32,000 nt of DNA from Candidatus Lokiarchaeum ossiferum (GCA_025839675.1 CP104013.1:2760001-2792000); one strand, 5' to 3'. Counted from the first letter of the stretch, positions 16,303 through 25,687 are shown. The notes: generated by a model not told the origin, from the letters alone. Translations and numbers: made by a program.

Positions 16303-18072
16303 TTATTTTTCATGATAGTTCTTTATTTTAATAAGTATAGACGCAATTCCCAAAGCCGAAATTATAAGAATTGTTCCCGATGTATATCCAGGAATATCAA
16401 TAATGCTTATTTCATCAGAATCATCGGATTTTTCACCATCTGTTGTATCGTCGTTTTCTTCATTCTTGATATCAACTTTATGGGAAGTCTCAGCTTTAAG
16501 TCCAACATGATCATAGGCAACAGCGGTAATATTATGAACACCATTGCTATAAGCGGTAGTATCTAGAAAATAATAAACGATAGGATAAGGTTTAGTTAAC
16601 ATCATTTCGTCATGTATTTGCACTCCATCCATGTAAATTTGAACCCTATCGAGTGCAATATTATCATCCGCTTCAACCTTGATAGGAATCTTTCCAGAAA
16701 CACCGGCACCATCTGCGGGATCAAGAATTTTAACAGTCGGAGGAATTCGATCTGCAGGAGCTTCTTCACCTTCATCCAAAAAGGTAACCCGACTTCTAAC
16801 AACATCAGAAATTACCCCTTTATCGTTGCGAACATAAGCACAAATTTGATACTCTCCAGTTTCACGCATTGGGATTTCAAAGCTTTTATCCAATCGATTT
16901 ATGTCAAGGGCTATTGTTCCATGCTCTCCATCATCCATCACTATCCCATGGTTTCCATCATCCATAACTTGTTGGACCGCAGGTAAATAATCTTCCAAAA
17001 GAGAATGAACTCCTTTTTCATCGGCAACTTCTGCTTGCTGATTTATAAGTTCAGATGGATCCCAATTCGGCGGTATGAACTTGATTATCGCCTCGCTAAT
17101 TTGGACATCCTTTGATAATTCAAGTTCTAAAACATATTTAAATTCCCAAATGTTGATATATTGCCATTTTGGGAGATATAACCGAAAAGGAGGCATACAA
17201 GAAACAAAATTTCCGATAATAATGTTCAAAGCGTCGTCTCCATCCCCCCCGTTAGGTAAATACCCAGAAGCATCGGTTTCATGAGGCACAGAATCATGAT
17301 TGTCATCAATCCATGGGAACTGACTTGTAGCATGCCCAGAAGCTACCACAAATGCTCGTGCATCTTCAAATGCCCTACCAATAGTTCTACATTTTGCTAC
17401 AGAAGACCAAAAGCCTTCTGAAAAAGTCGCCCAATTATGACTCGGATTAACCGAAGAGCCATGATCTTGATCGGTTGCCGTTAAGATAATGCGGTTTTCT
17501 TGACTTAAATTATCAATAAAGGATCCAGAATGGCAAGCTTCATAAACAATAATATTTCGATTACATCCAGTAGCAGTTTCTAGGTCATCAAGTTCACTGT
17601 CTAAATGGGAAGCGGAAAGATCCGTTCCAGGTATGCACATAACATCGACGCCTCCATGGTCAAAAATATACATCCCAAGTCCTTTGGTCTCATCAACTTT
17701 TCCAGCCGCCCAAGTCCCAATCGCATAGTCAATATTCACAAGAGTAGTCACATCATCATTGTAGAGCGATTGGGAATATCCATCTACTTCGGGCGCAAGA
17801 TAGTAGATATCATCAGCACTAACTCCTAAACCAGTCAGTGTATTATGTACTTGTTCGCACCCATAAATTATATAGTTCAACTTATCGTGATCACTTCGAT
17901 CACCAGCAATAATTATCCAAGCCCCTAAATTCGCATAGGGTGATGATTGTGGAGATTTAGAGTTTTGGGGATCTTCTGATGCCACTGCAGAGTAATTAAA
18001 TGAAATAAAAGCATTCAAAACAAACAATGACACAAGAAAATAAAATGCAAAATGATTTCTTTTGATGTTCAT
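16303..18072 (-). CDS. Secreted clan-CD cysteine peptidase (C13 legumain-like) with a C-terminal Ig-like domain and a membrane anchor
   Basis: The His-Gly / Ala-Cys catalytic dyad context is MYIFDHGG (His142 in ORF numbering) and IIVYEACHSGSF (Cys183, codon 17533-17535), as in legumain/C13. There is a signal peptide and an Ig-like module (PPTVKILDPADGAGVSGKIPIKVEADDNIALDRVQIYMDG...). An acidic linker leads to the tail IPGYTSGTILIISALGIASILIKIKNYHEK. The ATG at 18072 is preferred over the GTG at 18081. Confidence 0.8.
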   Translation of the reverse strand: MNIKRNHFAFYFLVSLFVLNAFISFNYSAVASEDPQNSKSPQSSPYANLGAWIIIAGDRSDHDKLNYIIYGCEQVHNTLTGLGVSADDIYYLAPEVDGYSQSLYNDDVTTLVNIDYAIGTWAAGKVDETKGLGMYIFDHGGVDVMCIPGTDLSASHLDSELDDLETATGCNRNIIVYEACHSGSFIDNLSQENRIILTATDQDHGSSVNPSHNWATFSEGFWSSVAKCRTIGRAFEDARAFVVASGHATSQFPWIDDNHDSVPHETDASGYLPNGGDGDDALNIIIGNFVSCMPPFRLYLPKWQYINIWEFKYVLELELSKDVQISEAIIKFIPPNWDPSELINQQAEVADEKGVHSLLEDYLPAVQQVMDDGNHGIVMDDGEHGTIALDINRLDKSFEIPMRETGEYQICAYVRNDKGVISDVVRSRVTFLDEGEEAPADRIPPTVKILDPADGAGVSGKIPIKVEADDNIALDRVQIYMDGVQIHDEMMLTKPYPIVYYFLDTTAYSNGVHNITAVAYDHVGLKAETSHKVDIKNEENDDTTDGEKSDDSDEISIIDIPGYTSGTILIISALGIASILIKIKNYHEK

Positions 18073-18329
18073 AAGAATCACTATATTACATATTTTGTAT
18101 CTGATTAATAATTGTGTCGTATATTTTACATTATGGATATATTGTTTTTTTTTTTCTAAAAAATCTATATTTACATTAAAAGAATTTTAAACACATAGGT
18201 CGAATACTAACCTATTTTTGACGATTTTCATATCAAAATAATAATATATTCAAATTATGGGAAGAAACAATAAATTACAACATTTTTACCATTACTTTGA
18301 AAACATTGAAAATAACCTAAAGAATTTAA

Positions 18330-18746
18330 ATGGAGTTAATTATATTGCAAAGTATGGGCACTCCAAATTCAGTAGAAGATTGGAAAAAAATTCGAGAAGA
18401 TGCCAATGCAGGACTTATGGCAAAATCAAATTTGAATATTAAACGTTTTTTTAATTTGGATACCAAAGCATACCATGACGGGGCACTCCCGGCAAAAACT
18501 AAGGAATTATTAGGACTTGTTGCATCCATGGTTCTACGATGTGATGATTGTATCACTTACCATATTATTCAATCTGTTTTAGCAGGGGTAACGGATGAAG
18601 AATTATACGAAACCTTTAATGTTGCTTTGATAGTTGGAGGATCAATTGTAATACCGCACTTGCGAAGAGCTGCAACTCGTCTAGAAGAATGCAGAGAACT
18701 TGAAAAGACAGATCCAAAACTTCTTTCATTAGATTCAACCGAATAA
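18330..18746 (+). CDS. Carboxymuconolactone decarboxylase / AhpD-like family protein
   Basis: LPAKTKELLGLVASMVLRCDDCITYHI carries the CxxC-containing CMD/AhpD core motif. An alternative ATG lies at 18354. Confidence 0.75.
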   Translation: MELIILQSMGTPNSVEDWKKIREDANAGLMAKSNLNIKRFFNLDTKAYHDGALPAKTKELLGLVASMVLRCDDCITYHIIQSVLAGVTDEELYETFNVALIVGGSIVIPHLRRAATRLEECRELEKTDPKLLSLDSTE

Positions 18747-18806
18747 TCACACATATGAACAAAAATGTTGATTTTTTGCCCTTTTTTCATCTGTTTGTTA
18801 AATTTA

Positions 18807-19283
18807 TCAGCCACAAGTATCTACAATTTCATTAAATTGATTTTTACTGAAGGCAGGTTTTAATTTTTCTTTAAAAAGGTATTTTATTTTAGACCTACGC
18901 AGTGATTTAAACAATTCATTGTATTTCTTAACAAATTCATCATTCCAAAATTTCTCAATCAGAGTTGGGTCTCTGCTGTAATTCTCAATATTTTCTTCAG
19001 TGCAAAGTAATCCCACACGACTGATCATAGTTTCAACAAAATCGGGATTGATCTCAGTCACATACAAAATGCACTTTACTTTTTTGATATTTACATTGAA
19101 AGTAAGATATAGATAAACACAATCCTCTTCAAAAAATAGCTTGTCGCTAACAATCTTAGACTTATCCTTATTTGAGGTTTCTAAAATCTTTGTATCTCCA
19201 ATTCCTTCGGTTAATGCTTGATATTTCCGAATATCAGCATTGATTGATTCTAAAGTGGGGGCTGACATCTCTATAAAATTCAT
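18807..19283 (-). CDS. Hypothetical protein (158 aa), no recognisable domain
   Basis: An uninterrupted ORF with an ATG start. It is divergent from the membrane protein gene and convergent with the CMD gene. I see no motif. Confidence 0.5.
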   Translation of the reverse strand: MNFIEMSAPTLESINADIRKYQALTEGIGDTKILETSNKDKSKIVSDKLFFEEDCVYLYLTFNVNIKKVKCILYVTEINPDFVETMISRVGLLCTEENIENYSRDPTLIEKFWNDEFVKKYNELFKSLRRSKIKYLFKEKLKPAFSKNQFNEIVDTCG

Positions 19284-19383
19284 AGATTTTGACGATTTTT
19301 ATAAAGGGAGACCGATACTATTTTTTAAAATTTTGAAAAATCTATCTAGAAACTTTTTAATTAACATTTCTGCTAATGAAAAT

Positions 19384-20073
19384 ATGGAAGAAACATGGAA
19401 ACCGAAACCTATTGATTTGGGACTCTCACTTGTTATAGCTATCGCATTCCCATTTATTGCACAATACTTATATTCGAAAACTGGGGCCTTAATCCCAATG
19501 ATTCTATACTATAGCCTTGCTTGGGGGATTTCAAAATGGCGTCGTGGTTCGACAGGTTATTTTAATGCTTTCAAAACTAAATACCCCAAGATGTTTTTGG
19601 TCAATGTAGGAGTTATCATTGCAAGTTTGATTTGTGCCTACTTTGCGCGCATTGTTGATGATGATCCAAATATCACGGGAGTTATCCTAACAGCTCTCAT
19701 TTGGGCAACGATCAATGCTGCATCGGAACAACTGCTCTGGATTTATATCTTTGAATCTTGGGACCTGTATCTTCCCTGGACTGAAGAAACCAAAAAGAGA
19801 AACTGGGTTTACCGTATCATTGGTCTTCTTATCTTTTCAGCTTTTGTAGGTTCCATTCACACGCTGTATTGGGTTAATTTTCTACATACAGTTGATTCAA
19901 CACAAATTTTTGGAATTATCTTTGTTTTACTCACAACCGTCTCAGGATTTTTACATCTGATAGTTTGGCGAAAAGGCAATCAAATGATATTTACCTTCAT
20001 TCCTCATTTTATGTTAAATCTTATACCATTATTCTGGACAGGGTATTCAATTATTCCTTATCTCTTTAATTAA
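19384..20073 (+). CDS. Polytopic membrane protein, CPBP (Abi/CAAX-protease)-like with a degenerate first motif
   Basis: About 6-7 hydrophobic helices. SEQLLWI stands in place of the EExxxR motif, FVGSIH is near the FxxxH motif, and HFMLN matches HxxxN. The start is set at ATG 19384 (MEETWKPK...), because the track's upstream extension overlaps the divergent gene. Confidence 0.4.
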   Translation: MEETWKPKPIDLGLSLVIAIAFPFIAQYLYSKTGALIPMILYYSLAWGISKWRRGSTGYFNAFKTKYPKMFLVNVGVIIASLICAYFARIVDDDPNITGVILTALIWATINAASEQLLWIYIFESWDLYLPWTEETKKRNWVYRIIGLLIFSAFVGSIHTLYWVNFLHTVDSTQIFGIIFVLLTTVSGFLHLIVWRKGNQMIFTFIPHFMLNLIPLFWTGYSIIPYLFN

Positions 20074-20607
20074 ACTCAAAATAATTACAGTTAGTGTGTT
20101 TTTTTATTTTTATTTTTACTGCTAAATTTTATCCCCAAATCACACAAAAAAAACTCTTTCTATTAAAGCAAATTCCTTTAGCCATACGGTGATTTTCAAG
20201 ATTATCTTGAATATCAATTTGTGATTTGCAATCATGTTTTTAATTGCAAAGCCAAATTAATGGCTTTATATGGCTGATTTCTTCCAAAAAAATATCGTCA
20301 CTACTATAACATTCCACAGTTCTAAACCTCAGAAAATGATATTCTTATGAACTTTAAGGATTTTGGGATTAAAATATTAAAATTTTTTACAAGGAAAGCT
20401 CCTTTCTTAGAAAAATTTAATGAATTCAGGGAGATAATGAACTAAAATTTTTTCCAATCTAAACAGAAAGCACAAAAATATGCAATATCTAACGATTTGT
20501 GAGAAAATCGATGTCTTGATCAAATGGGAAAAGAATTGATTAAAATTAAAAAGAAAATTAGGAAGAAAAAATATGCAGATTCAAATTTTAATTCTATATA
20601 TTGCTAA

Positions 20608-21678
20608 TTACTCAGATTTTTTTGTTTTATGATGATTATCGCTTTCTGCGGCTTGTTGTCGGGCAAGGATATCATTGATGCGAATTTCAGCAATATCACC
20701 ACAAATATTACACACTCGTCTGATAGGGATCAAATACTCGGTATCGGGATGATTTTCAAAGATCAATTGTTTGATTTCAATTGAATATTCTTTAATATCC
20801 CGAGTTAAAGAGAAGAATTTCAAAGAATCTTTACGCCAATAGTAATCTTGAATAGTATGATAGTATTGAACCATCCCATGGAGATGTTTAAGAACAAAAG
20901 GTCGATCTTCTATAGGCTGCATTTTTAGCAATTTAGCTAGTTTGGTGATGTGATCCCCAATCCGTTCAATTAATCGAGTATTTTCACTATAGTGTAAACA
21001 TTCCACCGATGATACATTGATAAACCGGCCCAAGGTTGGATAGGTTAAAATTTGATGAACGTATCGTTCAATTGCATACCGATGTTCATCAATTTGATTA
21101 TCTTGTTCAATTAACTCATCAACCATATCTTCTACTTCCTCAATAATGGAGTCTTCTTCTACCATTTCGACAAAATTGCCCATTAACAACCCTACTTTGT
21201 TGAGAAGTTGTTTACTCATAACTCGCAAATCAATTTCATCTAAGTGCTCTTCTACCACAATTTGAGTCTCACTTTCAGAGATAACAACCATCCCATACAG
21301 TTTTCGGGTCATTTTATGGATTCTATTCTTAACCTTCAAGGGAATTTTAGTACGCTTTTTAAGAATAATTGTATGATAACCTATAATATAAGCAGTCAAA
21401 TACAGATTAAACAGATAATCTATATATTCTTCCTTAGAACAATCGTCAGGACGTTCCATATCAATGTCCAGATCAATTGTATAGGAAGTTTCCATTTCCA
21501 GTGCCTTGGAATTGGAACGAATTAAAAGTGAATCGTCGGCAAGTTGCTTTAAAAATATACGTTTATCTTCTGCAACACCATATTTTTTACACCAGCTTTT
21601 TGGGAGGTAGATGTAATAGCTTCCCTTCACTTCTTGAACTTTTTTTTGTTCAAACTGATCAAATTCGCTTAATGCCAT
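20608..21678 (-). CDS. AbrB/SpoVT-domain plus PhoU-domain regulator (archaeal PhoU-like)
   Basis: The N-terminal swapped-hairpin motif GSYYIYLPKSWCKKYGVAEDKRIFLKQLADDSLLI is AbrB/SpoVT-like. The helical remainder contains PhoU-like repeats with E/D-rich metal-site-like segments (DEHRYAIERY, ERIGDHITKLAK). Confidence 0.65.
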   Translation of the reverse strand: MALSEFDQFEQKKVQEVKGSYYIYLPKSWCKKYGVAEDKRIFLKQLADDSLLIRSNSKALEMETSYTIDLDIDMERPDDCSKEEYIDYLFNLYLTAYIIGYHTIILKKRTKIPLKVKNRIHKMTRKLYGMVVISESETQIVVEEHLDEIDLRVMSKQLLNKVGLLMGNFVEMVEEDSIIEEVEDMVDELIEQDNQIDEHRYAIERYVHQILTYPTLGRFINVSSVECLHYSENTRLIERIGDHITKLAKLLKMQPIEDRPFVLKHLHGMVQYYHTIQDYYWRKDSLKFFSLTRDIKEYSIEIKQLIFENHPDTEYLIPIRRVCNICGDIAEIRINDILARQQAAESDNHHKTKKSE

Positions 21679-21799
21679 TATGTTATTCCTCTATTATCTG
21701 ATTTTAATAATTACCATATGGTTAAAAAGATGATCTACATGATTAGGAAAAGTGGGTAAAAAAAAACATATGGAATCACTATTAAAATGGAACTTTTAC

Positions 21800-22678
21800 T
21801 TAGATTTCAAAAATGGGAATATTCCAACTATTTTTTTCGGGCATAACATTGTAAAATTTACCCGATATGCGTAATTTGGCAACATCCTCATCGGAAACTC
21901 CGTGCCAATGCCCCCAAAAGATCCCAATAATATCTTGTTTTTTCCCATTTAATTGCTCAAAGAATATCTTGGGAGTTTTAGGTTGACCATGATGACACAC
22001 CAAAATAGGCATAGCGGACTTATTATGGCGTTTTTTCTGGATTTGTGCCACTTTCTTGAGAAAAATTTCTATCATAGTCTCTCGATGTTCCTTCCAAGTA
22101 GTATTATCTAATTCCTTATTGTGATATGGAAAGCCATAGATATAGAAATTTTGAATTAAAATTCCAGAATTTCGGAGTAAATGCATGTTACTTCCTATTT
22201 CAAAACGATTTTTATGTGAAGAATTGCGAGGAAGTAATTCAATAACTTTATTCGCTTGAAATTCGGTCAGTTTGTAATGAACAATGAGAAAATCTGCATA
22301 ATGCGTTAAATTCACAAATGCTTCACCATTTTTAGAATAAACACATGTTTCAAACCAAGGATCATGATTACCCTCAATCAATATTAAGGGAATCTCGCTA
22401 TGCAGCCATTGACGCATTGCCACAAGTTGAAAAATAAACATGTTGTAAAAATTCCATTGATTATTTGGGGGAATAATCGGTAAAGGAGCAAATTCTTTAT
22501 AATCCCAATAGAAATCACCATCAATAATAAAGGCACCAATATTATTTGGCTGGAATTTTTTGATCTGTTCTTCTATGGACTCATAGAATGCATCGGTATA
22601 TCCCGATTCAGAATAGAGAATGGTTTGTTGGGAAATATTTTTAGGAAAATGAAGATCGGATATGATGGCAATTTTCAT
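21800..22678 (-). CDS. Metallophosphoesterase (calcineurin-like) family protein
   Basis: All five family motifs are in order: ISDLHF, DGDFY, GNHD, CHHG, GHWHG. Confidence 0.8.
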   Translation of the reverse strand: MKIAIISDLHFPKNISQQTILYSESGYTDAFYESIEEQIKKFQPNNIGAFIIDGDFYWDYKEFAPLPIIPPNNQWNFYNMFIFQLVAMRQWLHSEIPLILIEGNHDPWFETCVYSKNGEAFVNLTHYADFLIVHYKLTEFQANKVIELLPRNSSHKNRFEIGSNMHLLRNSGILIQNFYIYGFPYHNKELDNTTWKEHRETMIEIFLKKVAQIQKKRHNKSAMPILVCHHGQPKTPKIFFEQLNGKKQDIIGIFWGHWHGVSDEDVAKLRISGKFYNVMPEKNSWNIPIFEI

Positions 22679-22752
22679 AAGAAGTCAACAATTGGGTTAA
22701 AACAAATAAAAATAAGTTAGCATTAGAAAAAAGTAATTTCACTTTTGCATAA

Positions 22753-23646
22753 ATGATAAAAAGAGTTTTTAAAAAAATGGGTCTTTCGATTGAAGAAATG
22801 CGAATTCAAAATCGTAAATTCAAGGCAATCTCCGCTGGTCCTAAACCTTTTCTCAAATGGGTTGGTGGCAAAAGACAGCTCTTAAAACAAATTGATCCGT
22901 TTTTACCTTCTACCTTCAATAAGTATATTGAACCATTTGTTGGGGGGGGTGCTTTATTTTTCTATCTCCTACCTGAAAATGCAATTCTAATTGATAATAA
23001 TCCAGTATTAATTAATTGTTATCAAATGATCCAAAAAAAAATCGATCCCTTGATTGAAGCTCTTCGAGGACATAAAAATGAATCAGATTATTATTACTCA
23101 ATTCGAAATGTCGATCGATTACCGGAGTTTAGTCAATGGACAGATGTTCAAAAAGCAGCTCGAATTATGTATATGAATAAATGCTGTTTTAATGGTCTCT
23201 ATCGCGTAAATAGCAAGGGATTTTTTAATGTTCCTTTTGGAAAATATAAAAATCCCCGATTTTTAGATGAAGAAAATTTACGAGCCATTCATACAGTATT
23301 GCAAACAGTCACAATTCAAAATGGCTCCTTTACCAAGTCTCTTGATCATGCTAAAAAGAATGATTTCGTTTATTTTGATCCACCCTATTACCCTATAACT
23401 AAGACTGCGAATTTTACCAGCTATACAAAAGATAATTTTTCTGAACATGATCAAATTCATCTCGCAAAAATATTCAAAGAATTGGATAACCGAGGATGTA
23501 AGCTAATGTTGAGCAATTCTTACTGCGATTTTATTTTAGATCTTTATAAAGACTTCCACATTGAAAAAGTACATGCCAAACGAGCGATTAATAGCGATGC
23601 ATCAAAACGTGGAGCAATAAAGGAAGTATTAGTAATGAATTACTGA
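22753..23646 (+). CDS. dam: Dam-family (D12 class) N6-adenine DNA methyltransferase
   Basis: It closely parallels E. coli Dam along its length: FLKWVGGKRQLL, EPFVGGGALFF (SAM site), YMNKCCFNGLYRVNSKGFFNVPFGKYK, YFDPPY (catalytic DPPY), LMLSNS. The true start may be ATG 22777 or 22798. Confidence 0.9.
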   Translation: MIKRVFKKMGLSIEEMRIQNRKFKAISAGPKPFLKWVGGKRQLLKQIDPFLPSTFNKYIEPFVGGGALFFYLLPENAILIDNNPVLINCYQMIQKKIDPLIEALRGHKNESDYYYSIRNVDRLPEFSQWTDVQKAARIMYMNKCCFNGLYRVNSKGFFNVPFGKYKNPRFLDEENLRAIHTVLQTVTIQNGSFTKSLDHAKKNDFVYFDPPYYPITKTANFTSYTKDNFSEHDQIHLAKIFKELDNRGCKLMLSNSYCDFILDLYKDFHIEKVHAKRAINSDASKRGAIKEVLVMNY

Positions 23647-23754
23647 GGGATCAAATCAAATTTACATTTCTGCACTATTAATTACGGTGACATCGGAAAT
23701 GGATAAATTTTCAATGAAAGAATATTTAGGTTCAATTAAAGAATACACAATAGG

Positions 23755-24612
23755 ATGATTTCGCTTGGGTTATTTGCTTTGATTTTTATTCCAATGGTGA
23801 TCATAATAGGAATTGCAGCATCAACAATCTCGTTCACTTCTTGGAGTTTAGTCGTGCCCTTGTTGTTCGGTGGGTTTGGATTTGGCATATATGAAGCGTT
23901 ATTTTTTGCGATTGTCTTAGATTTATTGAACGGAATTGTATTATCCGTCCGCTATGCCCAAATTAAGGAAGTTGATTTTAAGTTGGGTCTAATTTCAAGC
24001 ATTCCAATGCTTATAGGAGCTTTCGGAGGATTCTTTCTATTACAAGAGAAAATTTTGGCTCACTCCGAAATTCTCAAAGGAGGGATTGGGTATTTAGTAT
24101 TATTAGTAGCACTATTATTCTTATGGAAAGGAAAAAATGACACTAAATTGCAAAATATTGAAGAGAATAATAATGCAATGCTTGAAATCCAAACTGAAAA
24201 CTCTGAAAGTTCGACTTTCTCGTTGAGATTACCCAAAAAGTGGGCAATCATTATTTTAATCATCGGATTAATCATTTCAGGGGCTTTAGGGGGTATTGTA
24301 GGAGCAGGATCAGGTATGAATTATGCTCTACTTTTCATGGTTTTTTTAAATCGAGATTTAATGCGCGCGACGGGTACGAGTAGTTTTATGATGGCAATTG
24401 TTATGATTGTAGCATTATTCTTGTTCATGCCTTTGGTGAATTTATCACAAGTATGGTCTTATCTGCTAATTGGCACCATTTTCACAGTTATTGGCACAAA
24501 TGTTGGGTTGAAATATGCACTACAAATGTCCCGAGCAAAATTAAACTATATGGTGGGCTTTGCACTTTTAGGAACGGGAATTATAGCAATTATTCAAGCA
24601 ATTGTCCTTTAA
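23755..24612 (+). CDS. TSUP-family (TauE/SafE, DUF81) membrane transporter
   Basis: Two homologous halves of about 4 TM helices each with Gly-rich helices (GGFGFGIYEALF..., GALGGIVGAGSGMNYALLF), separated by a polar loop. Confidence 0.65.
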   Translation: MISLGLFALIFIPMVIIIGIAASTISFTSWSLVVPLLFGGFGFGIYEALFFAIVLDLLNGIVLSVRYAQIKEVDFKLGLISSIPMLIGAFGGFFLLQEKILAHSEILKGGIGYLVLLVALLFLWKGKNDTKLQNIEENNNAMLEIQTENSESSTFSLRLPKKWAIIILIIGLIISGALGGIVGAGSGMNYALLFMVFLNRDLMRATGTSSFMMAIVMIVALFLFMPLVNLSQVWSYLLIGTIFTVIGTNVGLKYALQMSRAKLNYMVGFALLGTGIIAIIQAIVL

Positions 24613-24659
24613 GCAAGATTTATAACACAAATATAAAAAATGTAAAATTTTCAAAAAAT

Positions 24660-25055
24660 TTATTCTTTAGGTCGAGAATATCCTTTTCGCCATTCAGGAG
24701 CTTGTTCAACTGCTGCCCAATATTCGGTAATTTTACTAATAAGTTCATCTTTGAATTCATAAACAGAGGTAGCAAAATATCGATCTGGTTTATCTTTGTA
24801 AAAAACAGATACGATACTCACTCCACCCCCATTTTCAAATAACTCCACTTTTTGGGGAATTGTGCGCCATTTACCAGGATAATCACAATTTACTTTAATA
24901 AAAGCATCCCGTGAGGGAAAAATTTCATTAGAAGTTTCCCATATAGCTGTAAACTCTTCATGCAATAAAGGTCTCACCATTTCAAACTGTCGTTGATCAA
25001 AAAAAGACCACAAATCTCGAATTAATTTTTCTCGAAAATCCATAATAATTAACAT
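24660..25055 (-). CDS. NTF2-like / SnoaL-like small protein
   Basis: ~130 aa with an alpha+beta cone pattern. The N-terminus (REKLIRDLWSFFDQRQFEMVRPLLHEEF) and the C-terminal ISKITEYW are typical of SnoaL-like domains. Fold-level call. Confidence 0.45.
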   Translation of the reverse strand: MLIIMDFREKLIRDLWSFFDQRQFEMVRPLLHEEFTAIWETSNEIFPSRDAFIKVNCDYPGKWRTIPQKVELFENGGGVSIVSVFYKDKPDRYFATSVYEFKDELISKITEYWAAVEQAPEWRKGYSRPKE

Positions 25056-25123
25056 TACGATTTCAAAACCTAATAAATTCCACCGCTAAGGATATTTTTA
25101 AATTAGTTTATGTTATTTCGTTT

Positions 25124-25687
25124 ATGGCCAAAAAACGTTGCTGGGGAACAAAAAATGATTTAATGGGTCAGTATCATGATAATGAGTGGGGAATCCCACT
25201 ACATGATGAAAAAGCACTCTTTGAACTCCTCATTTTGGAAGGAGCACAAGCAGGATTGAGTTGGAGCACAATTTTGAATAAACGGGAGAGTTATCGCCAA
25301 GCTTTTGATCATTTTGACTACAAAAAAATAGCAAAATATTCTCAAAAAAAAATTGAGGAACTGCTTCATAATCCTGGAATAATTCGAAATAAACTCAAAG
25401 TAAAGGCAGCAATAACGAATGCAAAGATATTTACGAAAATTCAAGAAGAATTCGGGAGTTTTGATAAGTACATTTGGAGTTATGTCAATGGAACACCCAT
25501 CCAAAATAATTTGGAATCCTTTAGTGAAATGCCAGCTAAAACGGAACTTTCGGAGCAAATCAGCAAGGATATGAAGAAAAAAGGATTTAAATTCGTGGGT
25601 CCAACAATAATCTATTCATTTATGCAAGCCATTGGAATGGTTAATGATCATCTTACATATTGTTATCGCCATCAAGAATTAAAATAA
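25124..25687 (+). CDS. tag: DNA-3-methyladenine glycosylase I
   Basis: It aligns by eye with E. coli Tag across the protein: RCWGT..YHDNEWG.P..D...LFE.L.LEG.QAGLSW.T.L.KRE.YR.AF ... GIIR...K..A.I.NA ... KGFKFVG.TI.YSFMQA.G.VNDH. Confidence 0.92.
   Translation: MAKKRCWGTKNDLMGQYHDNEWGIPLHDEKALFELLILEGAQAGLSWSTILNKRESYRQAFDHFDYKKIAKYSQKKIEELLHNPGIIRNKLKVKAAITNAKIFTKIQEEFGSFDKYIWSYVNGTPIQNNLESFSEMPAKTELSEQISKDMKKKGFKFVGPTIIYSFMQAIGMVNDHLTYCYRHQELK

Noticed and set aside
20347-20445. I examined a 32-codon ORF (MNFKDFGIKILKFFTRKAPFLEKFNEFREIMN) and two other short ORFs in the long convergent spacer as possible small-protein genes.
   Set aside because: There is no recognisable motif, no obvious promoter or ribosome-binding context, and ORFs of this length arise by chance. 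The spacer is kept only as a low-interest finding.
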